Assembly (NCBI GenBank): GCA_037447605.1
Contig: CM074817.1
Coordinates: 124,001-188,000, forward strand
Reading direction: 5' to 3'
Origin: Zygnema circumcarinatum SAG 698-1b
Lineage: Eukaryota > Plantae > Zygnematophyceae
DNA length: 64,000 nucleotides
The position numbers and the translations under genes are program-made. The notes beneath the pieces were generated by a model. The model made no database searches, had not been told where the DNA came from, and worked only from the letters and a program-made list of their open reading frames with translations. This document shows, piece after piece, positions 11,295 to 26,000 of the stretch (its first letter is position 1; each line of letters opens with the position of its first letter).

Positions 11295-13231
11295 TGTTGT
11301 ACAAATACAGAGGCCGCATAACCGCTTTGGGACATAGACTCTCTGTGACATGAAGGACCTCGACTTTGGCGCTGACGCCACATAAGGATGGTCGCGCCGG
11401 GCGCTGACGCCAAAAAGTCTCGAGGTTAAATCATGTACCGTGATCGACGCAATCAAAACGAAATACCCGGGCGTACGGACGACGCAAGGCGAGCGACGCC
11501 ATCAGCGGAGAGCTGAGATCGGAAATGTGAACGGAGGCGACGTGACAAATATTCGCTACACTCCTGAACCTAAATCCAAGGACGAAGTTTCGGGCGTAGG
11601 CGCGCTTAAAGTTTCGGCGACAATCGGTGAAAGCCGCTAAGTCAAAACTCGCCGGCGGCGCGGGGCGCCGAGCGCCACTCACTCGAGTGCGCCCCTCCCA
11701 CCGAAGACATGCCACCCCCCGTAAGTGCGAGACCTCGCATTGCAGGCGCGCCTCGCGCGACTGAATGCCATGGCGACACGAGCCCACGAGGGGTTCCCAG
11801 ATGTCGTGATGCGCGTGCGGCCGCGGATCGGTCACGCCGGCGAGTTACATATTGGCCCGCTGAAAGGCCAAGATCCGTAATCACCCGAGCCTTTATGGGG
11901 AGGTTTCATGCTCATCAAGCATCGCGACTGAGCAAGGCTTCCCGGAGCGAGGTAGCCGCCCGGGAGGAAGCGGTGTAGTCGGGCAAAACCGCAAGCAATG
12001 CTTAGTAGAGAGCGTAGGGATAGAGCCAGAGCCTGGGAGTAGTTCTTACGTCACAAGATGTTGTATCTTCTATCAGATAAAAGAAGAGGTTTTCTACGGG
12101 GTGGGCTTTTCTCTTACACACCGGCCTCCCTCGCCTGCTTGGGTCTACTCGTGAGTCATCATGCAGAACAACACCTTTATAGAAGACATCACCGAGGGGC
12201 CTTCAGCTTTTGACCCTCAATCTCAACGCAGTGGTATCGTAGCCGAAGGTGATGTGCGGCACACCATCCCTATCTTTCTGGAACCGACTATAAGGATTGG
12301 CGCGGCGTATTTATCAACCTTCTTCGTGAGCAAGGGCCTCTTCTTCTTTGAAGTACGCCAATCCGTTGATCTCACCATCGCCGACTCTCAATTCTCCTAC
12401 TTCCCTGACGCATGTGAGAAGACGAGTGCGGTGCTGAAGGACGCCCAAGTGAGGATGTACATCGCCGTTTAGCAAGGGGGGGAACCCTGGCTAAGATGAT
12501 GCCCGGTGAGCTCAAAATCGCACGCCAGATGTGGCAGAAGCTCACGGCCATCTATGACACCATCGACACGAACGTAAAGTTCGAACTCTACGACGATTTG
12601 GTGCAAATGAAGATGGGGCAGACGGAGGAACTGACTTCCTACGTCATCAAGTTTAGTGAACTGATGGATAAATTTGTCATTATTTGTAAAGCAATTGACA
12701 ATGACCAACGTATCATCGCTTCCTCGGAAAGAGGCCCCGGCCACCTCGCTTTGCACCAACCATAAACTTCAGTTGAAAACAAACGTCGCCAAGAACTCGG
12801 CCACCCCTTGAGGAAGTGCGCATGCAGTGAGAGCGTAAGAGAGCCGCATAAAGGGAGCAAAGAAGTCGCCTCCCGAAGACGCCATGGTGGATCAAACGCA
12901 CAACAAAACCCCTCGCGGAAGAGAGGCGCGCAATCGAACATCTCAACCACGCAGAAGTTTTGGGGCGACATCCTCGGGCTTCATTGTCGCATCAAGAAGG
13001 CGTCAGGTGGAGGACGACCTAAATGGGTAACCTCACGGTGACAAGAAGAAAGCGCGTGAGATGTTATGCTTTCGCGCCGGTCGCGTCATCTGGCCCTCGA
13101 ATCGCCCGTGGTCGTGTGGTCGCTCGCATATAGGCGAGTGTATGCGATGCCAAGCCAGCCGAATTTGTGTAAATCAAATCTTTATGAATAAAGATAATCT
13201 TTCACCGTGGCTCATAGACTCTGGTGCCTCT
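11295..13231 (+). mobile_element. Copia A1: 5' LTR (11295-about 12230), degenerate PBS, gag and start of protease, truncated at DSGAS by LTR A3
   Basis: LTR homologous to the other A LTRs; GTGGTATCG follows it; PWLIDSGAS protease motif; left flank GGTAT matches the right flank GGTAC at 32132-32136. Confidence 0.85.
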
Positions 13232-14085
13232 TGTTGTACAGCGCTAGAGGCCGTACAACTGTTTGGGACATAGACTCTCTAGGACATGAAGGACACAGGA
13301 CTTTGGTAGCGGGCCTTAGCGACAAGGATGATGCGAGGCGTGAGGCGAGATCCGAGGTTAAATCATGGTACCGTGGCGTGACGAACGGAAACGAAATGTT
13401 GAGGCGTCTGGACGGTGAACGCGGCAGACTAAGGGCCGGAGATCCGGAATGTGAGCGGGCGGCGTGAGGCAAATGTTGTGTATGACCAGGCCCCGGCAGG
13501 GCCGAGGATTTCAGTTAGGCCTTGAAGAGATTCCAGCAAAGAAAGCGGCGTTTGAAACTTCATGCTTGAAAGCGGCGGCGTCGAGCTTGCCTCCTCAACG
13601 AGTCGCTCCCCTTGAGCCATGCCACCACGTGTAGACCTGCCGCAGGCACTAAAAGGCATGCCCCGGGAATGCCATGGCGGACCACGAGCCGCGTGAGAGA
13701 GTGCATGCACGACACATGTGCATGCGGGCGGCGTGGCTGGAGTCCTTTGCCGGCCCGAGCTACATAAGCTGGCTCCGAGGAAGCTTAGTATCGAGAATCA
13801 CCCGAGCCTTTATGGGGAGGCTCATACCCCGCTACACCTTTGGGAGCAGTGCTTCCCAGAGTGTAGTAGGCACATGCGAGGAAGGTGTGTGAAGATGAGG
13901 GGGCAGCACTTAAAATAGCAGCAATGAAGCGTAGGATAGAGCGAGGCCCGGGAGTAGTTTCTTTGCCTAGCACTTTGTGCTTATCTTTCATTGTATAAAG
14001 AAGAGGTTTTCGGCCGGTGGGCTTTTCTCTTACACACTGTCTCTCAGTTCTTGCTTGGCTCACGGTAGTCATCATGGCCGAGAAC

Positions 14086-17000
14086 TGTTGATGTATAGGG
14101 TACATCAAGGTGTTGGTACTTAGTTCCTAGCATGAATGTTGTCCGGGACATCAATGTGGTGGTATAGGGACAATGTCATGTATGAATGGTCATGTTTGGT
14201 GTAGGACCGAACATGGGGGTGCTATATCGTTAGGGCATGAAGTGCAGTAGGTCTAGGGAAGGTCTAGGGTCGTAAATTACGACAGGCTTAGGTCGTACCA
14301 AAGTTACCGCGGAATGTGCTTGACCCGAAAAGGGCTGACGTGCAGTTGTGTGACTGTCTGAACGGCTTAGCGAAAACAAATGGACCGCGAAGATATTTGG
14401 CGCGAGGCGGATCTACCGCGAAGCGACATGATTGAGTCGGCGCCGGCGTCGCAGTCGCGGCCGCAGTCTTCGGGCGTGACGTGGCGGAAGTCGGTTGAAA
14501 GATTGGAGATATACGGCGGCCCGAATGGGAGGTGGCGCGTGGCATTGCAAGGACCCTTAGTGCGGTCCAGCGGCTCACGGCGAGGTCAAGCGAAGGGACG
14601 GTCGGCCTGGCGAGCGGATATATGCGGCTGGGCGGCGGGGCGTGTCGCGGCGGGAAAGCGGGCTTGTCTGGACAACCTTGTGTAGGTGATCTTGGCGTAG
14701 GTTCCCGTGAAGACCCTTGAAGCGCTGGGCTGTTGAGCAGCGTAGGCGTTGAGCGGCAGGCTGTTGAATGCATGTGCTTGCTACAGTGCGCACGTGATGA
14801 CGTGACATCGGGTGTCACGTCCGCCGGCACTCATAGTTTAAGAGGGAGCAAGCTTGGCTCTCTCACTCCTCCTCTCTCACAGTCGTATCTTTCGACCCGT
14901 TGTTGTATAGGAAGAGTAAGTATTTGAGCCTAGAGGAGTCGGCCTTGTGTATGAAGGTCGTGGAAGGAACTAGCTCTCATCATGCTAAGCTTTAGTGAAG
15001 AAGCTAGATGGTGTGTCCCTCATGTGTTGAGGTAGAGGAGTTCATGGGCCGGTAGTGCCCAGCTACTTGGTTGGGGTGTAGGCTATCTATGGAGGATTAG
15101 GATAGTGCACATGTGAGGGAGGAGGGCTCCACAGCATCTGAGATGATGTAGATTTCCTCCCGAGCTTATGCATATTACACTCATGAAGTTTTAGCAGGAG
15201 TTTTTTGGGCGTGGGCTTTCTCCTTACTACTTGTATCATTTGTCATGTGAGTCCTAGGTGTTGGATTGGCCGTGGTGGATGAGTGGAGGCGACCATTGTA
15301 TGGGGTGTGTTGCTCCACGAGGAGATCATTGGAGGGCGTGGAGTTGAGAGCGAGACCATGGAGGGAGATGAAGGGATTCACTTGTTGAGGTGGGGTGTTT
15401 GGTTTCAGCTGTCTTCACAGTGAAGGTGGACGGGGAATGTTATGCTATTGTTAGAGGCGATACAAGCCCCGTTTGGGACGAACTCTCTAGGACATAGAAG
15501 GACACAGGACTTGAAGCGCGCGGACATGGCGACAAGGATAGTGTGGCGGCGGTATGAAAAGTCGAGGTTAAATCATGGTACCAATGACGTGACGAACGAA
15601 GCGAAATGTTCCGGGCTGTCACCAGACGGCGGCGGAGAGCGGCGACTAAGGGCCGAATGAGATGTGAGCGGTAGCGGCGTGACAAGCCAGCGACTTCGGA
15701 GCTGAAGCAGGACGAGTTTGATTGAAGCGCTGAAGTTACCCGGCGCTACACCGAAACGCGTTTGAAAACTTCAGCGCGGCGGCGGCGTGTAGGCGCACTC
15801 ACTCTGAGTGTGCTCCCCTCCCAGCGAGCCATGCCTGCAATGCGAGACCTGCACGCAGGCAAGCGCGAGAATGCCATGGCGGACCTGCGAGCCCGCGTGA
15901 GAGTGCATGCGGCATTGCATGCGAGGCGGCGTGACAGTCCTTGCCCGGCGGCTACATATAGCGCTCGGGAAGCAGTATCCAGAATCACCCGGGCCTTTAT
16001 GGGGAGGCTCATGCCTCTTTGCTGCTTTGGGGCTTGATGCTTCCCAGAGAATGTAGGTAGGCTGTCACGAGGGTGTAGTAGTCGGGGGCAACGCAAGCTA
16101 GCAGCAAGTAGAAGCGTAGGATAGAGCAGGCTGGGGAGTAGTTTCTTTACTGCGCACATTTGTATCTTTCATTGTATAAAGAAGAGGTTTTCGGCCGGTG
16201 GGCTTTTCTCTTACACACTGTCTCTCAGTTCTTGCTTGGCTCACGGTAGTCATCATGGCCGAGAGCAACACGGGAGAAGACACGACCAGAGGGGGCTCAG
16301 TTTTTTGACCCCTCAATCTCAACAAGTGGTATAATTTGCGAAGGTGATGTGGGCACACCATCACATCTTTAGGAGGCGGTATAAGGATTGGCGGTGGCGG
16401 ATGGCAACTCTTCTTGAGCAGGGCGCCAAGAATGCGTCAACGGGTTGATCTCACCACCGGCCGACTACCCCTCCTACTTCACGACGGCGAGAGAAGGCGG
16501 AGTGGTGGAAGAAGAACGTCAAGTGAGGATGTACGCCATGCCTCAAGCGTAAAGGGAACCCGGCGAGATGCTCGAGAGCTCCAAAGCACCGCGAGATGTG
16601 GCGAAGCTCACGGCCATCACGACACCATAGAACGCGAGCGTGGTCGAGCTCGGCAATTGAGTGCGAGATGAAGATGGGGCCAGAGCGGAGGAACTGACTT
16701 CCCTGCGTCATCGGTTAGAACTAATGAATAAGTTTGTCATTGTATTTCTAAAAGCGGTGGCAGCCAGCAGATCATGATTTCACGAGAGCTGCCCGTTTTA
16801 CACCAACCATAAGCTTCGTTAAGCGGCGCTTTAAATCCAGAACTTCGCTCACCCTTGAGGAAATTACGAATCGAGTGAAGCGAAGCGCATAAAAAGGGAG
16901 CAAAGAAGTGGAGTGTCGAAGACGTCATAATTGTCGCTTCGCGAAACCCGTGAAGAGGCGGCACTGCAGGAACGATGCTGCAACTCACGCAAAAGCGGAA

Positions 17001-20000
17001 GGACATCGAAGCCGATTATTAGGTACCAAGAAGCGGCCGAGGGTGGAGACGACCCGGCCCGGTGTCCTCCGCGGTGACAAGAAGAAAGGCAAGGAGATGT
17101 TATGTTTTAGGTGCGGGGAAGCGGGTCGCTTCGGCGGAGCTAATCAGGAGTGGTACGGCTCGAGATAAACTGAAGCCAACACTGGCAAGTGATGCCAAGC
17201 AGTGAATTTGTAAATCAAATCTTTATGAATAAAGATAATCTTTCACCGTGGCTCATAGACTCTGGTGCCTCTAAACATATGTGTGGTGATAAGTCTCTCT
17301 TTACAGAGATGACGTTGCTTGACCAGTCACGAGCCGTGACTTCGGCAACCGGAGACGAGGTCTCCGTCACCCATAGTGGGTTCGTCCGGTTGTCCCCACG
17401 GGAGAAGGGGGCGGCTTCCAAACCCAGTGGTAGTGGTAGCTACATACCCCAGCCACGAAGAGTAGCAATAACTACCGGTTGGTCCAGTTTTGCAGAAGGC
17501 GGATGCAGCGAGGGGTCTTAGGGAGAGTCACACGTAAGATAGTGCCGCAGAAAAACGAGGAAGGTTCTTTGCGAGAGGAACACGAGAGGATGAATACTAC
17601 TTCCTAGGCTGGCTTCCTTCCCAGCAAGGAATCACGTCACCGGCCGTGCGTCTTGGGGAGTACGCCAGGGTCGGCGAGCCTCTCGGCCCGTTCCAGCGAT
17701 CGGGGAACTTTGCCAGCGCCACGATGTGGCAGCGAAGGACAGCAGCGCAAGGAAGCTGAAAGGCGGTGAGTCTCATCCACGCTGGGGAGCGCCCGGATAA
17801 GCGGATCTGCGGCTACTTGATCCACGCCCCGCGACACGGGGAAGCGGCGGCAAGGCAGCGCCACGCCTCCGAGGAGGCCTTGAAGGCGGGGAGCCCTTGC
17901 TTGGCATCTTTGGGCAGCCTTGAAAGGACGTGGGGCGAAGCGAAAGGAAGTGGAATTTAGAGTAGTACGGCAACTTAGGAGCCCGAGTGGCGTGTCACAA
18001 AGTTCGGCGGCAACGCCGTGACATGACAAGTCGAAATATTCAGAAGAGTACGGCGACCGACTTCATTGAAGAACGAGGAATCCGTACATGAAGCTTCAGA
18101 CGCGGCGCAATTGTGGCACCGCCGACTTGGTCATTTGTCGTTTAGTGGCCTGGAGGCCCTCGCGACACAGAGCCTGGTCCGGGGACTCCCCTCGACGAAG
18201 ATCTCGACACCAGAAGCTGTCTGCCCCGACTGCGCGGCGGGCAAGATACACCGGCACCCTTTCAAGAGCTTTGGAGGCGGGCTTGCTCGCGCGTCAAGCT
18301 CTTTGGAGTTGGTCCTGGCGATCATCGCGGACCCGATCCTCCCGCACGAGTCAAAGGCGGTTCAAGGTATTTCATCACCTTCCTTGATGATTGTCCGAAG
18401 ATATGGGTAATCTTCTTTGAGATTTAAAAGTAAGGCGTTTAGAACCTTTCGGACTTTAGCGGTTAAGTGAAAAGCGGGGCCGGAGAAGAAGGTCGCGAGA
18501 GGATCGAACCCGGACAATGAGGTAAGATCACAGATTCCCTCAATTCTCTGCTCACCTCAAGTCTTTCGAGATTGACACGAGTTCACGCTCCCACCAGCCG
18601 CCAAAGCAGCGGCGAAGGTGAACCGAACCCACCGGTGACATGGCAAAACCATCGCGTGAGTCCCCCCTTCACCCTCGATTTTTGGGGAGAAGCAATACTC
18701 CGCGGCGGCTTACATCGAGAACAGTGTCCTTCCGTGCCACGAAAGATGAGAAAAGTACCGAGAAGTAATAGGTAGCAATAAACCTCTGATTCAACTTAAG
18801 TCACAGGGCTCAGTCTTTGAATAAGCGTGATTCAAAGGTCAGGATTAGATCTGAAAGTTTAGCCGAGGCGAGGTTAGGCTACTTCCTGCGGCTGCGCCGG
18901 CGGCTTGACCTCGAGGGTCTGCGGAACCCTTCGCGCGAGAAGGTTATGTCAAGCAGCGTGACCTTCCAGAGTACGGCGAAAATTCAGGGGAGTTGCGGTC
19001 ACGGCAGGTGTGACCACCTCGGTGAGTTCAGCGCTTCGGTAAGGGACATCTTTGGGAGTGAGTCAACTTCACCCCTACCGCCTGCCCCCTTGTTTCGGCC
19101 CGGCGCCGAATCGCCAAAGAAAATTCGCCGCGGCGCCGGGAAGCCGCACTTGTCCCTCCCGAGCACCTCGAAGGCTGCGGGAGAGCGAAGACGGCAATTT
19201 TGACGAGGAGTCCCACAGAGGAAGCAGGTGAAGCACCGGCACCGCGTACACAGGATTCCACGCCGCGGTATGGATCCACCCTTGTATCTGGAAATGCAAA
19301 GAGGTTCACTCCGAACTTCTGGCGACAAGCCACCCTGAAGATAGGCATCAGCCGAAATGAACCGGTAGGGGAGGACCAACGAAGGGAGGCGAGAAGGAGA
19401 GGAGGCACGAAAGAAGCTCACTTGACTCCGCCCGATTTTGCGGCGATACGCCTCGCCTTAGCGCACCACGAAGGAGCATAAGCATTACTCCGAAGCGTTG
19501 GAGTGCGATGATGCGGCAAGTGGAAGTGGCCATCAAGAGTGAACTCAGCGGCCTCATATGGAGAAGCGAGGCATTAGCGGCTGGAGCCGCTGCCTCCAGG
19601 CCGCAAGGCCATAGGCTGTANGTGGGTGTTCAAAATCAAGAGAAAATCAGATGGGAGTGTAGACAGATTTAAAGCGAGGTTAGTGGCGAAGGGTTTCTCG
19701 CAAAAATTTGGTATAGATTACTCAGAAACGTTCGCACCCGTCGTGAAATTTAATTCCCTTAAATCACTGATTTTTATTGCGGCTGAAGAAGGAATGTATG
19801 TCCATCAATTGGACATCAAGACTGCCTTTCTCTATGGGGATTTAGAGGAGGAGATCTATATGCATCAACCGGAGGGGACGGTTGAATCAGGAGCCGAGCA
19901 CCTTAGCTGTAGACTTCTGAAGAGCCTTTACGGGCTCAAGCAAGCTCAGAGATGCGGTATCAAAAGAATACCGCGAACTTCTTGCTCTTGATGAATGGCT

Positions 20001-23000
20001 TCACCAGCTTCCAAGCGAGACCACTTTCGGTCTACAAGACAGAGGAGAAAAGGCGGCTCGGATGTTAAAATTACGGCATCACGTCGATGACCACTATCGC
20101 CGTGAAGCGCTTCAATGGTGAGCATTGAGGGCCTCAGGACTGCGAGAAAAACTTTGAGATGAGTGATCTTGAACTGCGGAGTACCTGTAAATTCCAGCAG
20201 AAGGGAAAAGGATAGCGGCATGTTCCCCAAGCGGGAGAAATGCGCTGGGGAGGTGCTAGCACGCTTGAGAATGGAGAAGTGTACCCCGTGCTCACTCCCC
20301 ATGGGCAGAGAACCGCACGCAACTCCAGCGGACATGAGCCCTTGAACTGTGAGGAGAAGGAGATGGAGAAGATTCGTGCAGTGCGATCCGGCGCTGATGT
20401 ACCTCATGGTGGGAGCAGCGCCCCGGCGAGGATCTCGCCAAGGCGTGAAGTGCGGCCGGCGGTATGGAGAATCGAGGGGTACAACATTGGGAAGCGGTTA
20501 GAAGGGATGCCGATACCTCAAAATTACGCTTCATTATGGGAGATCGATTGAGAGGCGGCGAAATTATCTTGAATACCGCGAGCGATTGGGGAGGTAACCG
20601 GATCGGCCAGATGAAACTTATCTGAATCACGCGTTTGAAGCAGCGTGGCGTCATTCTTGGAGTTCAAGCGCGCAGCGGTGGCGTTATCTTCCTCACAAGA
20701 TCTGAGTATATGGCGGCGTGTCCGCGCGGCCGGGGGCCGTAATGGATCGGCGCTCTTCTTTGATAGGTGGCCCGACCACAACTCGATGCGGGTCGGCCGG
20801 ACGGCCAATCTTGATGGCGCTCATTGAGAGCCACGTATTTCATCGAGGAAGAGCAAGCATATCAGATCCGATTACCACTTCACGAAGTTAGTGGATCTTT
20901 GGAGAGATCAGCGGTAATAAATTAAAATGCGGACGGTGACATGAAGCGCGTGATATCTTTGGCGAAGGAGTTTCGGGACCCGACAATGTGGAGAGGAACA
21001 ATCACCCCTCCTCAGTTGGGACCCTATGTGCCTAGCCCAAGAAGAGGGGATTGTTATGCAGCTGGCCCAGAGGCAGTACAAGCTATTTTAGGACATATAG
21101 ACTCTCCCCAGGACATATGAGGACACAGGACTTTGGCCTTGGACATAGCGACAAGGATGGTGGCGCGAGGCTGACCTTGAGATCCGAGTTAAATCATGGT
21201 ACCGTGGCGTATTGAACGAAGGCAATGTTGGGCATCACGGACGGCAATGGGCGCGGCAGCGACTAAGAGGCAGCGAGGTCGAATGTGAAGCGAGGCGGCG
21301 TGACAAATATTGTGACTGGAACTGAAACTTAGGACGAGTTTGGTTGGCCTTGGAAAGTTCCAGCGCACGAAAGCGGCGTTTGAAAACTTCATGAAGAAGC
21401 GGCGGCGTGAGGCGCACTCACTGCAGTGTGCTCCTCCCAGCGAGCCATGCCACCACGTAGAACCTGCACCTGAGAGGCACTAAAGCGCCTTGAGAATGCC
21501 ATAAGCGGACCACGGGCACGTAAGGGAGTGCATGCGGCCTTTGTGCATCGCGGCGGCCGTGACAGTCCCTTTGCCAGGCGAGCTGCATAAGCGCTCAGCG
21601 AGAGAAGCAGTATCCGAAGTCACCCGAGCCTTTATGGGGAGAGCTCATATATCTTTACTGCACCTTTGGGAAGCAGTGCTTCCCAGTGTAGGTAATTTGT
21701 CACGAGGAAGAATTGTGGTAGTCGGGGGCAGCCACAAGCAACACTTAGCAAAGTAGAGGCGTAGAGGATAAGAGCGGGGAAGTAGGGTAGTTTTGTACTG
21801 CGCTGTTGTATCTTTTCATTGTATAAAGAAAGGAGTTTTTCGGCGATTGGGCTTTTCTCTTACACACTGTCTCTCAGTTCTTGCTTGGCTCACGGTAGTC
21901 ATCATGGCCGAGAACAACACGGGAGAAGACACGACCAGAGGGGGCTCAGTTTTTGACCCCTCAATCTCAACAGAGAAGGCATATCGTAGCGGAGCGGTAT
22001 GTGGCCCAAGGAGAAGCAAAAGAAAAGTTTAGAGCTCTGATACCAAGGCATGTGATGCCCTTCCTTGAGTCTTTCCTTTCATGCTGCCCCTTGCACCCAA
22101 CCAAGTGGTATGAGGCTAAGGGTTGAGATCTTTGGGAGCATCTAGTTAGCAAGATTCAGTCTTAAAACATGGTTGTCATCGAAGGTACCAGAGTGAGTGA
22201 GGATCTTGGGCATATCTTGGGAGTGGGGTTTCAGATCGCGAGAGTATGAGTTCCGAAAAGAGATAGATCGCCCGGCTAGAGAGAGAAAGAAGCTAAGGGT
22301 AGTTCTTTGTGGGAGCTAATGGCTGGCTCAAGGGTACTCAAAAAGGATGTAGTTATGGTCAAACTCCTAATCACGTTGATGGTTTCATTTGTAGCAAGCA
22401 AGTTGCCGAAGACTTAGCTTTGAGGAGCTAGAGTCATGAGAGGATGCTTTGGAGTACTAGTCTTGACAGCTCAAAGGAAGAGTCTCGCGAGAGGCTAGGT
22501 TAGCGGCATTGAAGTGGCAGCTGTTTTGAGACTCGGCTCAAGGGGGCCAAGGTCGGCGGCGTGGAGGTGGTGCGTCAGTTGCACACATTCGAGGTGACCC
22601 AACTCAGCGGAGTTAGAGGAAGCGGCGTGAGAGGCAGCACAAGCTAGGATGGACTTACCCCAGGCTTGTATGCTGGCGGATGGCGAAGTTGCTTCATGAA
22701 GGATTGAGGGGAGGACTCATCCAGCGCCGAGGGAAGTGGGGAGAGGCTCGGTGCCGCTATCTGAGATTGCCATGGTATGTGGAGGGGACTACCCTCCCAA
22801 GCACGCTCTTGGGATTAGAGACTAGCTTTGGAGTTAGAGACTAATGAACTAGACTCTTCACATTGGTTGTGGGAGAGACTAGGAGAGGTGGAGAGTGGCA
22901 AGGAGTGCCACGTAAGGAAGTAGTTCACTTCAATGCGTTTGGGGTGAAGGAGGCCCAAGATCTAGGATCTAGGGGAGAAGCTGCCCAAGGAACCATTGCT

Positions 23001-26000
23001 TGAATCCTGACTAGTCTGGTGGACAGAGCTAGTGGAATTGATGATCACTAAGTTGTGGTGATGGACCACTAGGAGGAGTTTAGGGAATTCCCCAAGGGAG
23101 TAGTGGAGGAGATCAATTCCAGAGGTAGGAAGGTCGCAGCTTTCTACAAAGGTCTACTTCACGGAGGTAGGCTCTTAGCAAAGGAGGAGAGTGGATCGAG
23201 AGTCAAAAAGAAGCGTTGGCCAGCCTTACATTCAAGGAGGGGCAGGCTGAAGTCGGACGAGATTCCCTCCAGGTGACTTGATGAGCGAGATTATGGGAAG
23301 TCTTTGGAATCACATTGCTACGAACTGCGGGGCTGATTCTTGTGGAGGGATCGGTAGGATCAAGGAGACGTCAACATGGAGGCTCAAGTGTGTCAGGGCG
23401 TGGACCTGATCTATGTTGAGAAGAGTTTCTGCTGGGAGTGCACGCCTAGTTTACTCGAGGAACATGGGATAGAGATTTTTTCGGAGGAGGAGCCAAGTTG
23501 TTGATCTCAAGAGGAGGCAAGAGAAGCTGGTGGATCTCGAAGGAGAAGTGGCGTATAGGTGTCTTGGAAGACAAGGTTAGATCATTTTGGAAGCAAGCGG
23601 TGGAGTTAGATCACGGTTCTTTGTGAATTTCAAATCACATGCAAGTGAGTAGAGACCACTTGTGAAGGGTGAGGGCGGAGTAGCAGCCCACTTCTTCCGA
23701 AAGGGGAAGGTGGCGGTGGACGTTAGCACGATGGCTTGTGGAGCTCGGCATCGAAGTACTTGGACACGAGCTAGAGAGCTTGAAGAGCGGCACAGGACTA
23801 GGATCTTGAGAGGTTACTTTTGGAGTAAAGTCACAAAAAGAGGAAAAGAGAGCATCCGACATGGAGGCACAAGCGTGATGCACTCATGAGGGGATGGCGC
23901 TCCTAAAACAAGGCCGCAACCTTGCAAACAGCACAGTGATAGAGTTTGGGAGGAGAGGGTTTGGTTTCCCTCAGAAAAGAAGAAGATAAATAAGGCTTTC
24001 GGGTACATGGTTGGAGGAGGGGTTAGCCACAGTGTAGCCGAGAGACTAATCGTGCTATCGTGTGAGGAGCAGCAAGACCATAGGCTGGAGATGCTTGAAG
24101 CTTCAGATGACTTAAATGGGGTGGAGAAATGAAAGGTCTTTAAGATAAGGAGATTTGAGCAGTCTTGAAGAGTTGAAGCGACGAACTTGAAGGTTCGAGG
24201 AGCTGCGAGTGATCATGGAGATCAAGAGGCGGCAAGGAGCGCTTGAAGGCGCGGCTGGTGGCAACGGAATCAAGGGACAAGCAGAGTGTGGAGGCTGTCA
24301 TCATGATGATGGTGCAGTACACTTCCCTTCGTAGTATTCCTTAGAAAGTCACTAAAGCTGAAGGAGGTGTTTTCAGATGCATAGGAAGGTGCAAGAATTA
24401 CACTCGTTGGAGAAGTTGACATGCAATCAAGAAAGTGTCAAGCAGGGTTTGTAGGACNNNNNNNNNNGGTGGAGGCCTACAACAAATGGCGAGAGTACCA
24501 CGAGGAGGATTCGAAGGACAACTATGAAGGACCTCATGTTTATGAGGGGGTGAGCGGCAATGAAGAAGACGACATTCTGAATGTGTGAGTTGGGAGGAGA
24601 AGTTGTGACTTCTCGGGTTTACCTTGGAGGATGAATTTGGAAGACTTTTGGGGAAGTTGAAGGTTCCCAACACATTGTTGACAAGGTGTCAATTGCGCTC
24701 AAGGAGAATCTGATGTGCAGCGATTGCACATCTTGAGTGAAAGACCATCTTGGGAGGAGGTGGCGAGGGGAGGAAGTGCGATAGGCACATTTGCATTCCG
24801 CGGTGGAATCAATTCAAAGAGTGGTGAGCAGCGGCAAGAGTATGCTTAAGTGTTGCTTAAGCAGGGTGCCATGTTATTGACCCCTTAACTTGCAAGGAAC
24901 TTCACATTACCAAGAGGGATTGACCCGATGTATAGGGTACATCAAGGTGTTGGTACTAGTTCTATGAATGTTATCCGGGACATCCCAATGTGGTGGTATA
25001 GGGACAATGTCATGTATGAATGGTCATGTTTGGTGTAGGACCCGAACATGGGGGTGCCAGTATCGTTAGGGCATGGTGCGGCAGGTCTAGGGAAGGTCTA
25101 GGGTCGGCCAGAATTCACGACTTAGGCTTGGAGAAATAGGTACCAAAGGGGTGCCGCGGAATGTGCTTGACCCGAAAAGAGGCGGCACGTCTGGTTGTGG
25201 CGGCTATGCGGGCAACCTTGAAATAAATGGGCCTTGAGAGATATTTGGTAGCGAGAGGCGGATCTGCGAAGCGACATGATTGAGTAGCGCCCGGCGTACG
25301 AATAGCGGCAGTCTTCCGGGCGTGACGTGACGCGGAAGTCAGTTGAAGAGATTGGAGATGTCGGCGAATGAGGAGGTGGCGCATTAGCTGCTTGGACCCT
25401 TAGATGCGGTCAGCGGCTCGGCGAGGAGTCAGCGAAGGGACCGAGTGCACTGCATGGCAGGCTGGCCCGGATATATACTGACACAGGCGGCCGGGCGATA
25501 TGCGGCGGCGGCGGAACGTGCAGACGACTGCTTGTGGCAAGTCGGTGTTGGCGTAGGTTCACGATGAACACATGGTATTTGGGCACATTGAAGCAGCGTA
25601 GCTGGCCGTTGAGCAGCTTCTTGGGCTGATGAATACATGTGCTTGCTAGATGCGCTGTGACGTGACATCGGGTGTCACGTCACGCCGGCCATAGTTTAGA
25701 GGGAGCAAGCGGCTCTCTCACTCACTCACTCTCTACGAATGTTATCTTTGCTTTCGACCGTTGTTGTAGCATAGGAAAGTAAGCATTTGAGCACAGAAAG
25801 TCGACGCGGCGTAATATGAAAGGTCGTGAAGGAACTAGCTCTCATCATGCTAAGCTTTAGTGAAGGAGCTAGATGGTGTGTCCCTCATGTGTTGAGGTAG
25901 AGGAGAGAGGAGTTCATGGGCGGTAGTGCTTAGCTCACTGGTTAGGAGTGTAGAGCTATCTATGAGAGGATAGGATAGTACTCATGAGAGGAGAGAATCT

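Noticed and set aside
14288-14830. Antisense ORFs in LTR B (also 25115..25384 and 35236..35715)
   Set aside because: Frames are not conserved between copies and the sequence is GC-rich and noisy; no evidence of coding.
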